Assembly: GCA_045837725.1 (NCBI GenBank)
Contig: JBEWZL010000213.1
Coordinates: 186,001-237,448 of the forward strand
From: Vermamoeba vermiformis
Lineage: Eukaryota
Length of the DNA: 51,448 nucleotides
Direction: 5' to 3'
Part shown: in pieces, positions 14,984 through 28,658 of the stretch
Numbering within the stretch: the first letter of the stretch is position 1
Layout: each line of letters begins with the position of its first letter
Notes under the pieces: generated by a model
Seen by the model: only the letters and a program-made list of their open reading frames with translations
What the model was told of the DNA's origin: nothing
Database searches by the model: none
Program-made: the position numbers and the translations under genes

Positions 14984-17153
14984 ATGTTGTCATCTCGCTC
15001 TTTACTTGCATGCTTTGCGCTGGCTTTTTTAGTCAACGTCAATGCACAATTCTACGGCTACACTGCAGTGGTAAGCAAGATATTAGCAAAGAATTATTTG
15101 CGTAATTATTTGGATTTTTGAAACTGGAAATATTAATTTTTGGATTTGAATCCAGCTTGAGCCTGAGTCCCTAATGTATCAAAGAAATGGATTATGGGCT
15201 AAATCAGATACTCCGTTCGGTGGCAGTGGAGAGGCCTTTATCGCCCCAAACTGTAAGTCATGCCCATAAAGATTTTCATTCAGTTTTTCAGATCCGCGAG
15301 AAATATACCGTGATATTAGGATTACAAATATTATCGCAGTATTTATCATATTTACCATTTATTGAAAAATTGAATTTCTGAAATTTTAATGTTTACTTCC
15401 GATCTCGCGAGCGAAATTGAACGCAGTCATTCTTTGCTAACATTCACTACCAGTCCAATTTGTGCCCTTTAACGCTCTCATCAATGATGTGGACACTTCC
15501 TTGACACCCGGACCGCTAGAGATAGTCGCCATCCACTGGTCGATAACAGATCAAATTGGCCTTCTTTACGGCGAAGATGTAAGCGCGCTTGCTAAATAGT
15601 CTAATTAATTTTCCGAAAGCTAATATTGATGTTATTTAGTACTTTTATTGCTGCACCGCCGACTTGTATGCCATTAACGAGTGTGACTCGCCTGGCCAAC
15701 TCATTATTAAAACTTCAACAGACCCCGAGCAGAACGGCTTTTTATTGTACCATTATACTTTGACCACCAACTATAACTTTACCGAGGTAATTATTCAATT
15801 TTAGCATAATTTAAAAAATTTTTAACAAACGGGACTAACAATGCGCCAAACAGATCACATCAATTGTCAACAGTGGTATTTGGTACTTGATGATTGCAAA
15901 TTGCAATCCTTATTATGATAATGGCAATGGTACCTATGCCTATATGGAGGGAACAGCTGAATGGCGCAGCTCTTATGGCTACTTACCCGCGCAGATCTAT
16001 CCTTTCCTGGGCGTAAGTTTAGCTTGCTAAAGCAAATCTCAAATAACTGACCGTTTTTAATAGATCTACTGGGCCTTCGTTATTGTTTACGGCATCATCG
16101 GCTGTATTATCGGTGGTATGATGCTGCGCTACAGACGAGACTTGATGAAGATTCAGTACTTTATTTTCTCGCTGATCGCTCTCTCTATCATTGAGAATAT
16201 CATTTGGGGCGCTGATTACACGGTCTTCAACCAACGTGGTCTTATTTGTAAGTCCTTTTGGCTCTTTTGACCAACACTTCTAACGCTTTAATCCAGCCAC
16301 TACCTTCAATGTCTTTGGTGTATTGTTCTCGGGCTTGAAGCTCCTCGCCTTCAGAGTTGTATTGTTCCTCGTGTGCTACGGCTGGACGATCACAAAGTAA
16401 GTGCCATATTCTTCTAATCGCTTGACTAACTCGTGGTACTTAGACCCGCTTTGTTGCCTCGTGCTCGTATCGCTTTGATTGTCATCAGTACTTTCTACCT
16501 TATCATCGTATGGATTGACAAATATATTGACGTTGTCTCCACTGCCGGATACCCTACATCTGATGGCTTCTCGTACTTCATCTACGCTCTCGTCGTGTTC
16601 ATCAACGTAATCTTCTTCGTCTGGATCTTCTTCAACTTGTATGCCTCATTGAAGCAGCTGAAGATTGCCGGTGAACATGCTAAGTTAAGCATGCTCAGAA
16701 AGTTGGCCGTGGCTATTATTGTTGTTGCTGTTGCCTTGGCCGTCGTGTTCATTCTTGAGATGTAAGATCCGCTTAATTTCTTTATTTAGATTGCGACTCT
16801 AACCTTACATGTTTAGCGCCCTCGTGTTCGCTGCTTTGGATGACCCATTGTGGAAGTTCTGGTGGTTCTGGGACGCGTACTGGGAGTTCATCTACTTGAT
16901 CATCATCACCGTCATTGCCTTCATTTGGAGACCTACTGCGAACAACAACAGATTCGCCTTCCAGCCATTTGTTGACGAGTCCAAGTCCGGTGTTGAGCTC
17001 GAAGCTAGCGGCCGTGAAGAAGTTCCTAGCGAGGTCGAGCAAGCCCGTAGACAACAAGCAGAAGATCCTGCTTCGTCCCACAGCTCGGAGAAGTTCTCTG
17101 ACAAGTCCGAGTCCATCTCAGAGGAAGAGGAGTCGTTCTCTGAATCTCAGTAA
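14984..17153 (+). CDS. GOST / lung seven-transmembrane receptor family protein (TMEM87/GPR107/PTM1-like)
   Basis: Signal peptide; YCC..C motif; SGIWYLMIANC; AEWRSSYGYLPAQIYPFL; KLSMLRKL; WKFWWFWDAYW; WRPTANNNRFAF; acidic tail. Confidence 0.92.
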
Positions 17154-17536
17154 TATAGCTCGTTTATTACTCGAACCTACTAGCACTAAGAGTAGGACCA
17201 TTATAATATATAGACAATAGTTGCTTGTACATAACTGTATTACATTAGATAACAAAATTCTTTCGAGAAGTCTGGTCTCCCTTGCAATTAATAACATAAG
17301 GCGCTGCATTGTAATTTAGCACGTGCAAACTTACGCCTTATGTGAGCTGTCAACTGGAGATTTCGATTTCTCAGCGTATCATCTTTTTTCCTCCGTTCCG
17401 GCAAAATACCAAGTTCCCAAATAGAAGCTCTACAACGGACGAGTAACAAGCGCACAACAACGAATCTTGTGGAAAATTAAATTTAAAGCGTTGATCGAGC
17501 ATCTGTCACAAGATTCAAAAAGTCTCAACCCGCAAA

Positions 17537-20500
17537 ATGAGTGACGAATTAAGCGGCTTTGAGCAGTCCATTGGACCTAAAAGAAAGAGAACTTCCACAG
17601 TGTCTCTTGCATGCAGCAATTGCCGCAAGAAACACGTCAAGTGTAAGGATAAAATTGAAATTTATTATTTTTTCTAAATACTCATAAATATTACTTGATT
17701 AATTTTCATTATACATTGCCTAGTAATTGCGAATTTTTAAATTGATAATTTTTTTAGGCGATGGAAAACAGCCTTGCTCCAGATGTAAAGCCAATAATCA
17801 GGATTGTAGCTTTGAGCAAAGCGAGAAAAAGCGCGGTCCCGTTGTCGGTAAGTATATTATATTTAAATGCGACTTCTTATTACGATAGGCTCAAAGAATG
17901 TTTTGTAAATTGCTCCGTCTCGTGGTTGTGGCCACGCATTATCTTTTTGATTCGTTTTAAATTGAATATTAGGACCGAAATAATATTTAAGCGGCCATAA
18001 CGCATATTAGCTGGCTAATATCTTTCAATTCTGGATCGCAAATTTTGGTGACTCGGCCGATCTGACCGATTTTAATTTATTAGGTAAATTGGCTTCAGTA
18101 AGAAAAGGCTTAAGTTCTCTTAAAGACGAACTCGCTAAGCAAAAAGAACTCGCTGAAGAATGGGAACGGAAGTATAAGGCACTAACTGCCTCGCGCGAAG
18201 GATTGCAGCTTATGAATTTAGTAAGTAGAGGTCTATAAGAACTCAGAATAAGACCCGAACCTTTATCGGGCGTTGCAATTATATTTGGACCCCGAATTAA
18301 TTATTTGGCCGGGATTTGTAACGGGATACACGAGAATACTTCCAAATAAGGAAATATTAGAGTTATCTTCTCCTATCGTTCTATCGCACTAATAATACTC
18401 CTATAATTATTATAGAGCAAGCATGCCAAGACAAATGCACTCCTAGCGATGTCTTACACATTCAACGATTATGTTAATAAGTATTATGCCTACGCCTTTC
18501 CATTTTTCAAAGTCGCCCCGCCAATTCAACACGTGGATCAATTTGCACAAAATCAAGGTAATTCTATTGATTTAATTGGATAATTATTGCTGCTAATACA
18601 ACGGACCGGAGAAAATTTTCTTATCGGGTATGACCCGAAACGATTCCAGATCTGAATTTGCAACTAGTCTATCTTTAATATATATTATAATACAATTTTT
18701 TTCCGTGCAGATCCGGCTAAAATGTCGTGCATGTATGCAATGTTGGGCACGGTAGCAATGACTGTAGGCAATCACAACCAAGTCCGAGAATTTATTTCGA
18801 CTGCCAAGTACGTTTTATAACTAATTAGCCTAGTATAGAAGTATTTGCTAATAAGGACATATAATTAGAGCATTAGTAACACCAATTTATGACTCGATGG
18901 ATCCGTTCGTTGCAACCACCCACACAATTCTGTCACGAGTGTTTTTGGTACGAATAACTTACCCATATTACCATATTAGGCAAGCCCTATATTAACCTTA
19001 TTTGTATAAGCTCGTTGGAGACTACGAAAGATCAAATTTTTACAACGCAATGGCAATGACAATCGCTAATAATTTATTGGCACGACGCGAGAGTCAAGTA
19101 ATTAGAGGCGTTGATTTGTTGCATATAAGTAGACTAGCAACCATGTGGTCATTAAGGGTCGATAATGAATTGTAAGTCAAAACGCACGAAGAAAAAAATT
19201 CGCGTTTGGATCCCGCGCAAAATTTTTTTTACTGACACTCCATTTTTCAGTGAAAAACAACTGGCGCTATTTGACGAAGTTATCAATGACATGTCACACA
19301 CATTAAAAGACGGCACTTCATCTGCAACGAACATGGGCTTTGATGTGCTGCCGTTCTATGCCGTGATGTTAATATCAAAAGTGTGGGCCGAGGGTTACTT
19401 GCTCTTCGTCACAAAACAAAAGCCCGATCCGAACATGTTGCAGCGGTGGTTGTCGACACTTGATCACGCGCACAACAGTGTGTTACAAAGCACTTTGGCG
19501 AGTTGGAGCAAGTACGTAACACCTCATACTTTCGCGCACTAGATCTGACTTTGACTAACAAATTGTTTCTAGGAAATTATTCGTAGTGTCCATAGAAGCC
19601 GTTAAGGCCTGGATCTATTTGTTTTCGGGTCACCACGAGGCAGCACTGCAGATCTGCGATGTTGTCATGTCAATGCTCGACAGCGAAATGAGCAACTTAA
19701 TCTTCGCTATTCCGTCGATTGTCATGGTGGCCTCTATTTATTTGTTCTTAAGGCAACACGAGAAATTCAATCAAGTAAGGCATTTTGAATATGCGCAATT
19801 AAGCACCGAGCTCACGATTCGTTTTTAGAGCATCCAAGCTTTGCAACTATTTACTGAAAAGCACGTGCTAGCGGCGATGATTATGAAGGCACTCAATGAT
19901 TTCAAGCAATTTGATCTCGCGCAGAAGCCCATGGGTGCTCTTCCACCTCCAGATCTGGGCTCTTTTATGACCAAATTCGGCGAGTTTTTAGTGACAGAAG
20001 GGTCCAAGTACAGATTGCTAATGCCAGAGATCGTCGAGGAGGGCTTGAATCCCATCACAAGCAACACTAACTTGTCGCTACAGCCACCTACACCAAACTC
20101 ATCTTTACCTATTGAAAATTTGCCGTCACCATCGCAATTTCCAAATCCGGAATTGGAAGATCTGGAGCAGTCGAGCAACAATCCTGCGTCGCCGTCAATG
20201 GCCTTCTACTCATACCCTAATCAAGGCACATACAACAATACCATGCACACGCATCATAGCCCTAGTACCTCGCATAGCAGCGATTCTTCAAGTAACAGCC
20301 CGATCCACCACGCCGGATCTGTTCCACCACTGATTTTTTCGCCTATGAACAACAATAATATGCAACGAGGGCCTAACTCTGCTGTAGTCTCGATGATGCA
20401 AAACCCACCGATGAACAACACGAATAATTTCCCTATGGTGCCCAATACGAATCATCAACAAGGACTAGAACGCTACGCATTGAACAACGGCATGCCGCAG

Positions 20501-20644
20501 CATTACAACGTGCCATCAGAGTTTTACGACAACAATTCTAATTACGAAGTCGTGGCTGATGAGGCACAAGCACACATGAATAACGTGCTCGGCATGGCGT
20601 CGACGATTAGCGAGATGAAGTTGCCGAAATTTACTTACTTGTAA
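17537..20644 (+). CDS. Zn(II)2Cys6 binuclear cluster transcription factor
   Basis: Spliced ACSNCRKKHVKCDGKQPCSRCKANNQDCSF..KKRGP, followed by a coiled coil, a helical middle region and an N/S/P-rich tail (ORF 19841..20644). Confidence 0.92.
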
Positions 20645-20826
20645 TCAGACTATTAATTTAATTGTACATAATGTAACCTGCCAAATACTTGTAATAAAGA
20701 CCGAACCATTGTTAGTAATACGCCAATCTTCCTATATAAATACATTTTGCTAAAATCTCATAGATTTAATATTATTGGGTTTAAGAAATTAATTGGCTCG
20801 CGGGCAACAGATCAACAACAGGCAAC

Positions 20827-22133
20827 ATGGAGTCGAACACAACAGAGAAAAAGGAGGCCACTAACAATAATAATGCCTCTGACACGCACTTTCCTGCAAA
20901 GAGAATCAAATTAAAGTCGCCAGAGGGTGTTGTAAAGAGCATTAGAATTTCAGATCGGACTCCCATCCACGCGATCTCGGACATTATCGCGTCTCGTTTT
21001 CAAGGACGTACGCCAGTGGGCGTTGAAGTCGATGGTGACTTAATATCACTTGATTTATTATACGCAACCGCCACAGAAAATGGAGAATATTTAGTTGAAT
21101 TTAAAAAGACAGCTGGTAAGCCCAATTAATTTTCATAATTATTATATAATTTTTTTCAATCGCTGCCCTTGATAATAAATAATGTGCATGCGATCTTGAT
21201 CGGATCTGTCAAATGATCTTTCTCAATTATTTCGCATTCGATACAATTAATTGATAATATTCCTTTCTCATTATAGAGCCGGCAACCCTTGCCTCGGCAT
21301 TTAAAGAACATGTTCCAAACGCGAAGGATGTGATCGCGCTGCCAACACCGATTACAGAATTAATTCCACCAATAGAACCTCTTGGAGTATTCGAGTCATG
21401 CTTCCCTCTTAAAAATGGAACCCCTAGACAAGGCATATTAGCACCAGATTCTCAAGGCAAACTGCGGATTCGTCCATACCGAAACACGCGGCCAGCGGAT
21501 GTGCTCGAAGGAATCGAACAATATTCGCACGTTTGGATCGTATTTTGGTTCCATGGAAATTTCAATAAGCATTGCCGAGCTAAAGTTGCCCCGCCAAGAC
21601 TCAACGGAGAAACAGTTGGTGTTTTAGCGACCAGATCTCCCCACCGACTTGTGCCTATTGGAATGACCGCAGCAAAACTGATACGAATCGAGAATGGCGA
21701 TACATTGGTACTAGGCGGCATTGACTTGATTGATGGCACACCAGTGCTCGATGTCAAGCCTTACGTGCCAAAGTACGATAGCATTCCTGACGCTAAATAC
21801 CCTGATTGGATTGTCGTTGAAAATCAATTCAAAGACGTTATTTTCACTGACAGAGCCAAAGAACAGCTACAAAGCCTATCAAATGGTTTAAAGATATTGA
21901 AGGATTACGAGCAAGCGTTGTCAACGATTCGACAAGCGTTGATTTTGGATCCGAGATCCGTTTACAGAAAACAAAAGTTTGAAAAAGAAGCGTTTGGATT
22001 CCACATCGACTCACTGAATATACAATGTTTTATAGAAGACAATATTGCCACTATTTACAACATTGAGCCTGGCGATCAAGAATCAGACACGCAGCCTGAA
22101 GACGTTGGAGTTGCTCGCGAAATAAAGCAATAA
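20827..22133 (+). CDS. TRMO: tRNA (adenine37-N6)-methyltransferase TrmO/TsaA with N-terminal extension
   Basis: SCFPLKNGTPRQG, YSHVWIVFWFH, KVAPPRLNG..GVLATRSPHRLVPIG, DLIDGTPVLDVKPYVP, LILDPRS; one intron ~21116-21276. Confidence 0.93.
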
Positions 22134-22334
22134 AAAAATCTCAATAATTACGAAACAAATCGCATGAAACACACTATTTACAATTATTTACTGGAAGTTG
22201 GTGAAGTTTTGCAAAGACAATTCAAATCGGCGCATTACATCAGTAATATCAAATTCCACCGATGGACTGAGCGACGATGTTACACTGGTTTAAGTATAAC
22301 GTTAGTACTACTACAATATTCGGGTAATTCAAAC

Positions 22335-24501
22335 TTACTCAATGACTATTAAATTGATCATGTCCTTCTGAGCATCTGCGTTCAGACTTTGAATTTCTTC
22401 GTGGCGGCAAATGTAATTGATTCCAAATAAGGAAATTTCTTTTAAAACGCTGGCCACGCTGCCGAGAATTTTTTTTGTAAGCCCTTTAGAGAGCACAAAT
22501 GCGTCGTAATTGCCATTGAAGCAGAGCAGATCCACATTGTGTTTTAACAGCTCTTCACCAAAAACATTCCTTGCTAGTTCCTCGTCGATATTTTTTAACG
22601 TTTGCATAATATTGCGTTGTGTAACAGATGAGTTTTTGTACTTTCTCGCAACTTCAACGAGATGTGGCAAGTAGAGGTCCCAATCAGCTCTATTCTTATG
22701 AAACAAAGATAGTCTTGCAGTGACGTATGAAATGTTGATATTAATTTTGTTGAACTTTTGGAACTTTGGGAAACTGTTGAGCAGCTCCAAACATTTCTTC
22801 AAGCTGATCTTCTTGCAAACAACATCACTCTGACAAGCTAATACTAGGCCATAGACGACCTCCCACATCAGATGAAAAATATGACTTTGATTTTTAAGTG
22901 TTGATTGCGCCGCTAGTGAAGTGAATAAAGCGACCACATCCGCTTTTTCGATTAGTTTGTGGACTTCTTCCGGATAAAATCTAAACCGAGAAGTTAATAT
23001 GGTCATTACTTTAAATATGATACATCCTTACCTGATAATCTCAGTGGCAAAACCGATGGCGTAAATACACAGCGTCAAATCTTGCTTCTCAGTCTCGAAA
23101 CTTATCTGGTCAAGTACACGCAGCGCATTTAAATCGTGTAAAATCCGAATATTCTCGCTGCTCTTTTTCTTGGCATTTCTTCCACCCAAGTTCCAAATGC
23201 CTACATAGAATTCCCACGTAAGAAACAGAACTCGATCGACAAAAGATTTTCTGGGACAGTTTGAATTTAACCTAAGATAGGGGAAACGTACCTCTGAACG
23301 CCTGCAAACGAATCTCGGATGTTTTTGGAACTTTTGGTGAGATGTCTAAAAATGCGTTAATCCAATCTTTGTGCTTGCAAAATTCGTCTTGGATCCGCTC
23401 GTCATTCAATAAGTTCGATATAGACCATACTATGACGCGCATAACAGACTGCCTTGGCATCGAATCACGTTGTAGTAATGAACATAAACGAGGAAACGCC
23501 TTGGGCTCGTTCATGAACGCCTCTTTGCCTTGCGGAAAGTAGGACAAGTTCGAGACGCACCAAGCAGCATGTTCTGGACGAGAAATCGTGGCGTTAGTAT
23601 ATATCGGGCTTAAGTAACCGTCGCTATCTATTTTAAGGCCCGTGCACAAATTGATTCAAATTGGGACAAAAAGGAAATTTCAAAACGCCACAGCCGAGCA
23701 GTTACATCTACTAAAACGTACCCAAAATATCATCGTCTGGGGAGTGCAAATGCTTTGCGGCCAATTTAATGATTTTGTTCTCTTCCAGTCCTCTGATCAA
23801 AAAGTTGTTCTGGTTGTACTCGCTATCTTTGCCTTGTGCTGCCGTACAGCATAACTTGCCACTACAAATGAAGCATCAGTAGGTCAATCTATCAATTTCT
23901 AGCTCCAACTGCCGAAATTGGCTGGCGATTAAATGCAAAAATTTGAAGGCATCCAAAAAGAAGAGAAAAAGATTCGCGTCTTACATAAACAACATCGTGT
24001 CACCTAATAGACGCTTTGAAGCACCGGTAATGTGTGAAGTAATAAAAGTAAGCGGTTTGAAGGGATCTGAGAGCAGCTCGAACAACGTCTTAGCAGTCAT
24101 AGTTTGGCCAGGAAGTGAATAGACATCGAGCATTCTTTGTATTAAATAATGATATCGTACTGAAATGCATGCTACAAGATAACGTTAAGTGAAGTCAGAA
24201 TGAAATCTATCGGAGAAGGAGAAATTTTGGCTTAAGTGTCAAGGACAGGAGACAGCCTAATATGCTAGCAAAAATTGGAAACGAATTTTCGGCACTGACA
24301 ATAAATAATTGTAAAGCTTGTTAGCATTTTTAAGTGGAGTGCCGATGCAGATTTCGGTAAATTGAAAATTTTACCTGCTCGATACCAGCGCTTAGAGACA
24401 CGAGAGGCAATTACAGACTCTGGCCCGGTCAAAAACTCGAATATAACGGAAAGTAAATGCTCTGGGAACACGTATTCATCATTGATCAGAAGCGAGTTCA
24501 T
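22335..24501 (-). CDS. F-box protein with ARM/HEAT-like helical repeats
   Basis: FPEHLLSVIFEFL..ASRVSKRWY; AAWCVSNLS, IVWSISNLL, GIWNLG; exons join by GT-AG introns. Confidence 0.8.
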
Positions 24502-24966
24502 TCATCCGGGTTCGCGCAGATATGTCTGGTGGATGCCTGGGATCAGATCGCCTTTGTGTTGTTGCTTTCTTTGGTACGATGACCATAATAAGTAACCACA
24601 CGTGATCGTTTATTTGAACGCACGTGGTTACATGCTTTGACCAGCGTTGACCAACCAAAAATCAGCAGAAGCAATCTTTCTCTTTTTTACAACTGAAACG
24701 CAACAACAGGTGCTTATAGTACTGGTATAATAATAATAATAATGAACTTTGAAACGGTTATCGATCGTCTTAACAACAATTTGCCTCTCTTGGAGGGCTA
24801 CAGTCACCTCACCACTGAATTCAAAGAGCGTGAAGAACAAATTAAAATACTATGTAGTAAGTAGCAGGCGGCTCATATAATCTTATGTACATAAAAGGAT
24901 CTTTTGTCGGTACACCCGGAACTAAAGTTCAATTCAACTCCCTCGAATCTTCTTTTTGCTAATCTT

Positions 24967-26006
24967 ATGGGTTTAGTTCTAGCAATGCGCGCCGAAATTA
25001 TGGATATCCTCGTCGAAAAAAACATCCCCAAGAACAAATGGAAGACTCTCCTCTTCTCCTTCTTGGCGAACAAGAAATTCAACATGGCATTTTTTCAACG
25101 CAAGATTCGCAAATCCGACGCAACCTCAAACGAGAACTATCGTTACTCGATTTTGCTTATGCTCGTAGATATGGAAATTGACGTTGCAACCTACAAATGG
25201 ACAACTTCCTCTCGCAAGCAAGATTTGATGCAGACCGCCATTGAAATGCTTTGGGCCGTCTCTCAAGTCACACAGTAAGTACAAGACCGATACATCCTAA
25301 TTATATGCACCTCAATACTGCGGGCTGGCCCGTTACATCAATATATTTTGCTTACAAAACCTTGTGCAGATTCGACAAGCCTTTATCCGCTCCTACTCAA
25401 GAACAACGCGAAGTTTTGGAACAATACCGATTGGCAATCGTCAACGCCATGCAGCAACTTTCCTTTTTGTCTCCCGCTTCAGCTACAGATAAGGTCACTG
25501 GCAGAAAACGCCGAATCGCCCAAGTTTACGAATCGGATGCCTCTGACTGCAACTCCTCCATGGAGAGCAACGAGAGCGATGAAATAGCCTCATCTGCTTC
25601 TTCTCCTTGCCCTTCTCCCGTCCACCACATTGCCAAGAAATTCAAGCCAACAGTGCAAGAGTTTGGAACAGCGTTTAGCTCATCTCCAGCCTCCCCCGTC
25701 TTATATGTTACTCCGAACCCCATCTTTTTCAACCCCCTTCCTTCCAACGCAGCACTCCTCAATCCTGCTGACTATCTTCCCGGCGGCGTTCACTCTTCCT
25801 CGAATGGTTTACATTTGAACGAACAGGCGAACTTCGTGCCCTCATCTATTCACTCCAACTTTCCCGTGCCCCACGAGTTGATCCTCAGACCTAGCAATTT
25901 TGCTACCAACAACGGTCTGCCATCATACGACTCTTTCTCTTCCTCTCTTTTGGAGAGCAGCAATTTTGTCACGTACGAGGACATTATCAACGAGCTGTTT
26001 AACTAA
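24967..26006 (+). CDS. Uncharacterised two-exon protein with basic NLS-like motif and Ser/Pro-rich tail
   Basis: ORFs 24904..25278 and 25251..26006 join through GTAAGT (~25276) to TGCAG (~25369); GRKRR; start Met uncertain (24967 or 24985). Confidence 0.6.
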
Positions 26007-27142
26007 GTTGATGACTCGCGACGCACTCAGCTGCTTCGACAACATGCACATATTACAAAAACCAAACATCATATTACATCACCCCTATCAACCCTACAAC
26101 CCCAACATATGAAATACCAACCCACATGACATTGCCCAAATGAAGATTACCAATATGCAACCCCACGCCCAAATGAAATTGCCCACATGACCCCGCCCTA
26201 CCAACCCAGATATTACATTTAAATGAAGACAATGAATTGTTGAGATCCGCAAAACAATCGAAACAATCAAAAAAAACAAATCAGATATTACATTGTACAG
26301 TGTACAGATCGATAAAATTTTAAATATGGCCATATTATTATAACCAAACACATTTCCTTCTCCGTTTCCTTCGCCGAGTTATTAGAGCCATCAATCCGAT
26401 AAGTTTTTTGTTGGTTCGAAATAAGTACGTGCCTACTGGCGATAGTCTTTGTCCATGACTACGCGTAGTTGAAAAATAAACCATTAGTGAGTAACATAAA
26501 GTCTTATGGCGCTCTTGTCGCAAACAAAATCAAAAATCGCTTTCGCGTACCAAAACAACTTGTTCGACAACACACGACAACAAGACCCAGACCCTTTCGA
26601 AGCCTGCTCGCAACCTCTGCTGCTGAAGACTTACTGTAGTGCTCATCTACTCTTCACGATGCTTGCTTGAAGTTGGTGCGAGAGACCGAAGTCAGGAAGA
26701 GATCTTGCTTGGTATGCATTTTAAATATTATACAGATATATACTACTGTTCAAATGTACGTTTGAATGAGCTTTGAGGCATTGCGGCAATTTTAGAAATT
26801 GATGGAATCGAAATTTTCATTTTTCAAATCCGACCGACCCAGAGTTTTACCAAATCTCTCTTTGTTCTTTCTCGATCAGCAACATCGCTGCAGCTGATAT
26901 AGTCTTATTCATTGGCAAGTTTCGTATTGTTAAACACGCAAAATGATCGTGCGATCAAACTCGCTCCTCGCAAGCAGTAGAACTCAGCTAAATTACTTAT
27001 TTCTACGCTAACCTATCTACAAAAATGCATCGTTTCCTCTTTTAATTAATGGCGCAATACGCACTATCTTTTAATTGCCTTAGCTTGTAACGGATACTTC
27101 GGAAAATTTATTCTTCTCAAACCTCTGACCAAAACAACTACA

Positions 27143-27769
27143 ATGCAGGCCTTAGTACCCCAAGTGGCTTCTTTAACATCCAAAATGTCCCACAAAGCAC
27201 TGGTGCTACTCACCATTGGGTCCACAGTATTTGTGAATAACACCGCTGGCGTGCTTGTTTATCAGTTTTGGCAGTAAGTGCTTGCTAACTTAGTATATAT
27301 CGTATTTAAATACATCCAGGTTGTCGCAAAGGACTGGTTCGACAATACTTTGTATGAATTTGAATGCGTCGAACAATACTGCTGGCCTTCTAGTTTGGCA
27401 GTAAGTACTTATTAAAGTAGTGCGTTGAAAACGAAAGAGCGTTAAATTTTTTGCGAAATTCATATTAACTTATTAGTCTGTGCACCACAACTCATAATGT
27501 CGTTTTTTAGGATCCCCAAATCCAGGGCCGCCGTTATCGAAGAAAAGCTTGGTCTCCTCGAGGAGAGACTAACCAACAAATTGGATGCGTCCTCGACAGC
27601 GCTCGATGCGAAGGTCAGCAGCTTAGACCTAAAAGTCCAACGCTTAGAGGGAAAGGTCGATAGCTTAGAGGGAAAGTTCGATAGCTTAGAGAGAAAGGTT
27701 GATAGCATCGACAGCAACATCAAAACCCTCCGCGAGAATCAGGAAAAATGGTGGTGGTCAAGAAGCTAA
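27143..27769 (+). CDS. Small three-exon protein with N-terminal hydrophobic segments and heptad coiled coil
   Basis: Exons 27143-27273, 27320-27400, 27511-27769 join in frame (two phase-2 GTAAGT..AG introns); LEGKVDS-type heptads. Confidence 0.7.
27613..27710 (+). repeat. 21-bp coding tandem repeat (about 4.5 copies)
   Basis: GCTTAGA recurs at 27621, 27642, 27663 and 27684. Confidence 0.9.
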
Positions 27770-28658
27770 ACCGCAGTATGCTGCCACGTGTATATTTGTA
27801 CATATGTATATGTTTAGTTTATGTCATAAACTGTATATTGTAGGGATTTAAAATAACTTAGAACTGAATTCATTTGTTTTGCAGATCCTTTCCGAAATTA
27901 TTTCGAAGCACTAAAAAGTAACCCGTACGTGATGGCAATGCGACGAGTGACTGGCAAGAATGTTCTCCTACACGTTCATAAGCACAACGTAACGCCGAAG
28001 AAGGTACCGATGAACGAGACCGTCGCAAATAACGAGGTAGTGAGCGCAGATCAAGCAGCATGCCAAGCTGCAAGCAGATGATAATGGGGTGAAACAAAAC
28101 AGCTGCCGAACGATGAAAAAGTAACCTGAGTTACGACTGAGATGCGGTGGAGATAAAAAGAACAAGGCCAAAAATTAATTGTTATAAACCCTATGTAAAT
28201 GAAGCAGCACGATTACTCACGCATCAGTGAATTCATTCGAAGCTTCAGTGTTCAATATTTTGATTAACAAAGCTATGTAAACTGTCCTGAGGAAGATCGG
28301 ACGATTTCGACGAGGAAGCAGTATGTTTAGCTCAAATAATATATTTTTAGAGGTTTAAATTGTGACATTAATATTATAACAAGAGCCGGTACGTAATTAT
28401 TATTGAAGACGAAACGATTAATAAATTTTATTTACATCTACTTGTAATTTGACCTCTTTCCTTCCAGTTCATTCAAATATCTGCGCAATCCAATGTATCA
28501 TATTTAATGGAACACAAAGTAAATTTAAACGCGGTTGGGGATTCACAAAACTCGACCCCAATTTTTCGTGATCCGTCTCCCCACACGCGCTATTTTTCTT
28601 GTCATTTTTTTCAATTATGCGCTAAGAAAGAACACGCGTTATATTTGTTTATATAAGG

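Noticed and set aside
26520-28400. Short ORFs and exon-like segments flanking the coiled-coil gene (26520-27100 and 27870-28400)
   Set aside because: No consistent spliced ORF or RNA structure found
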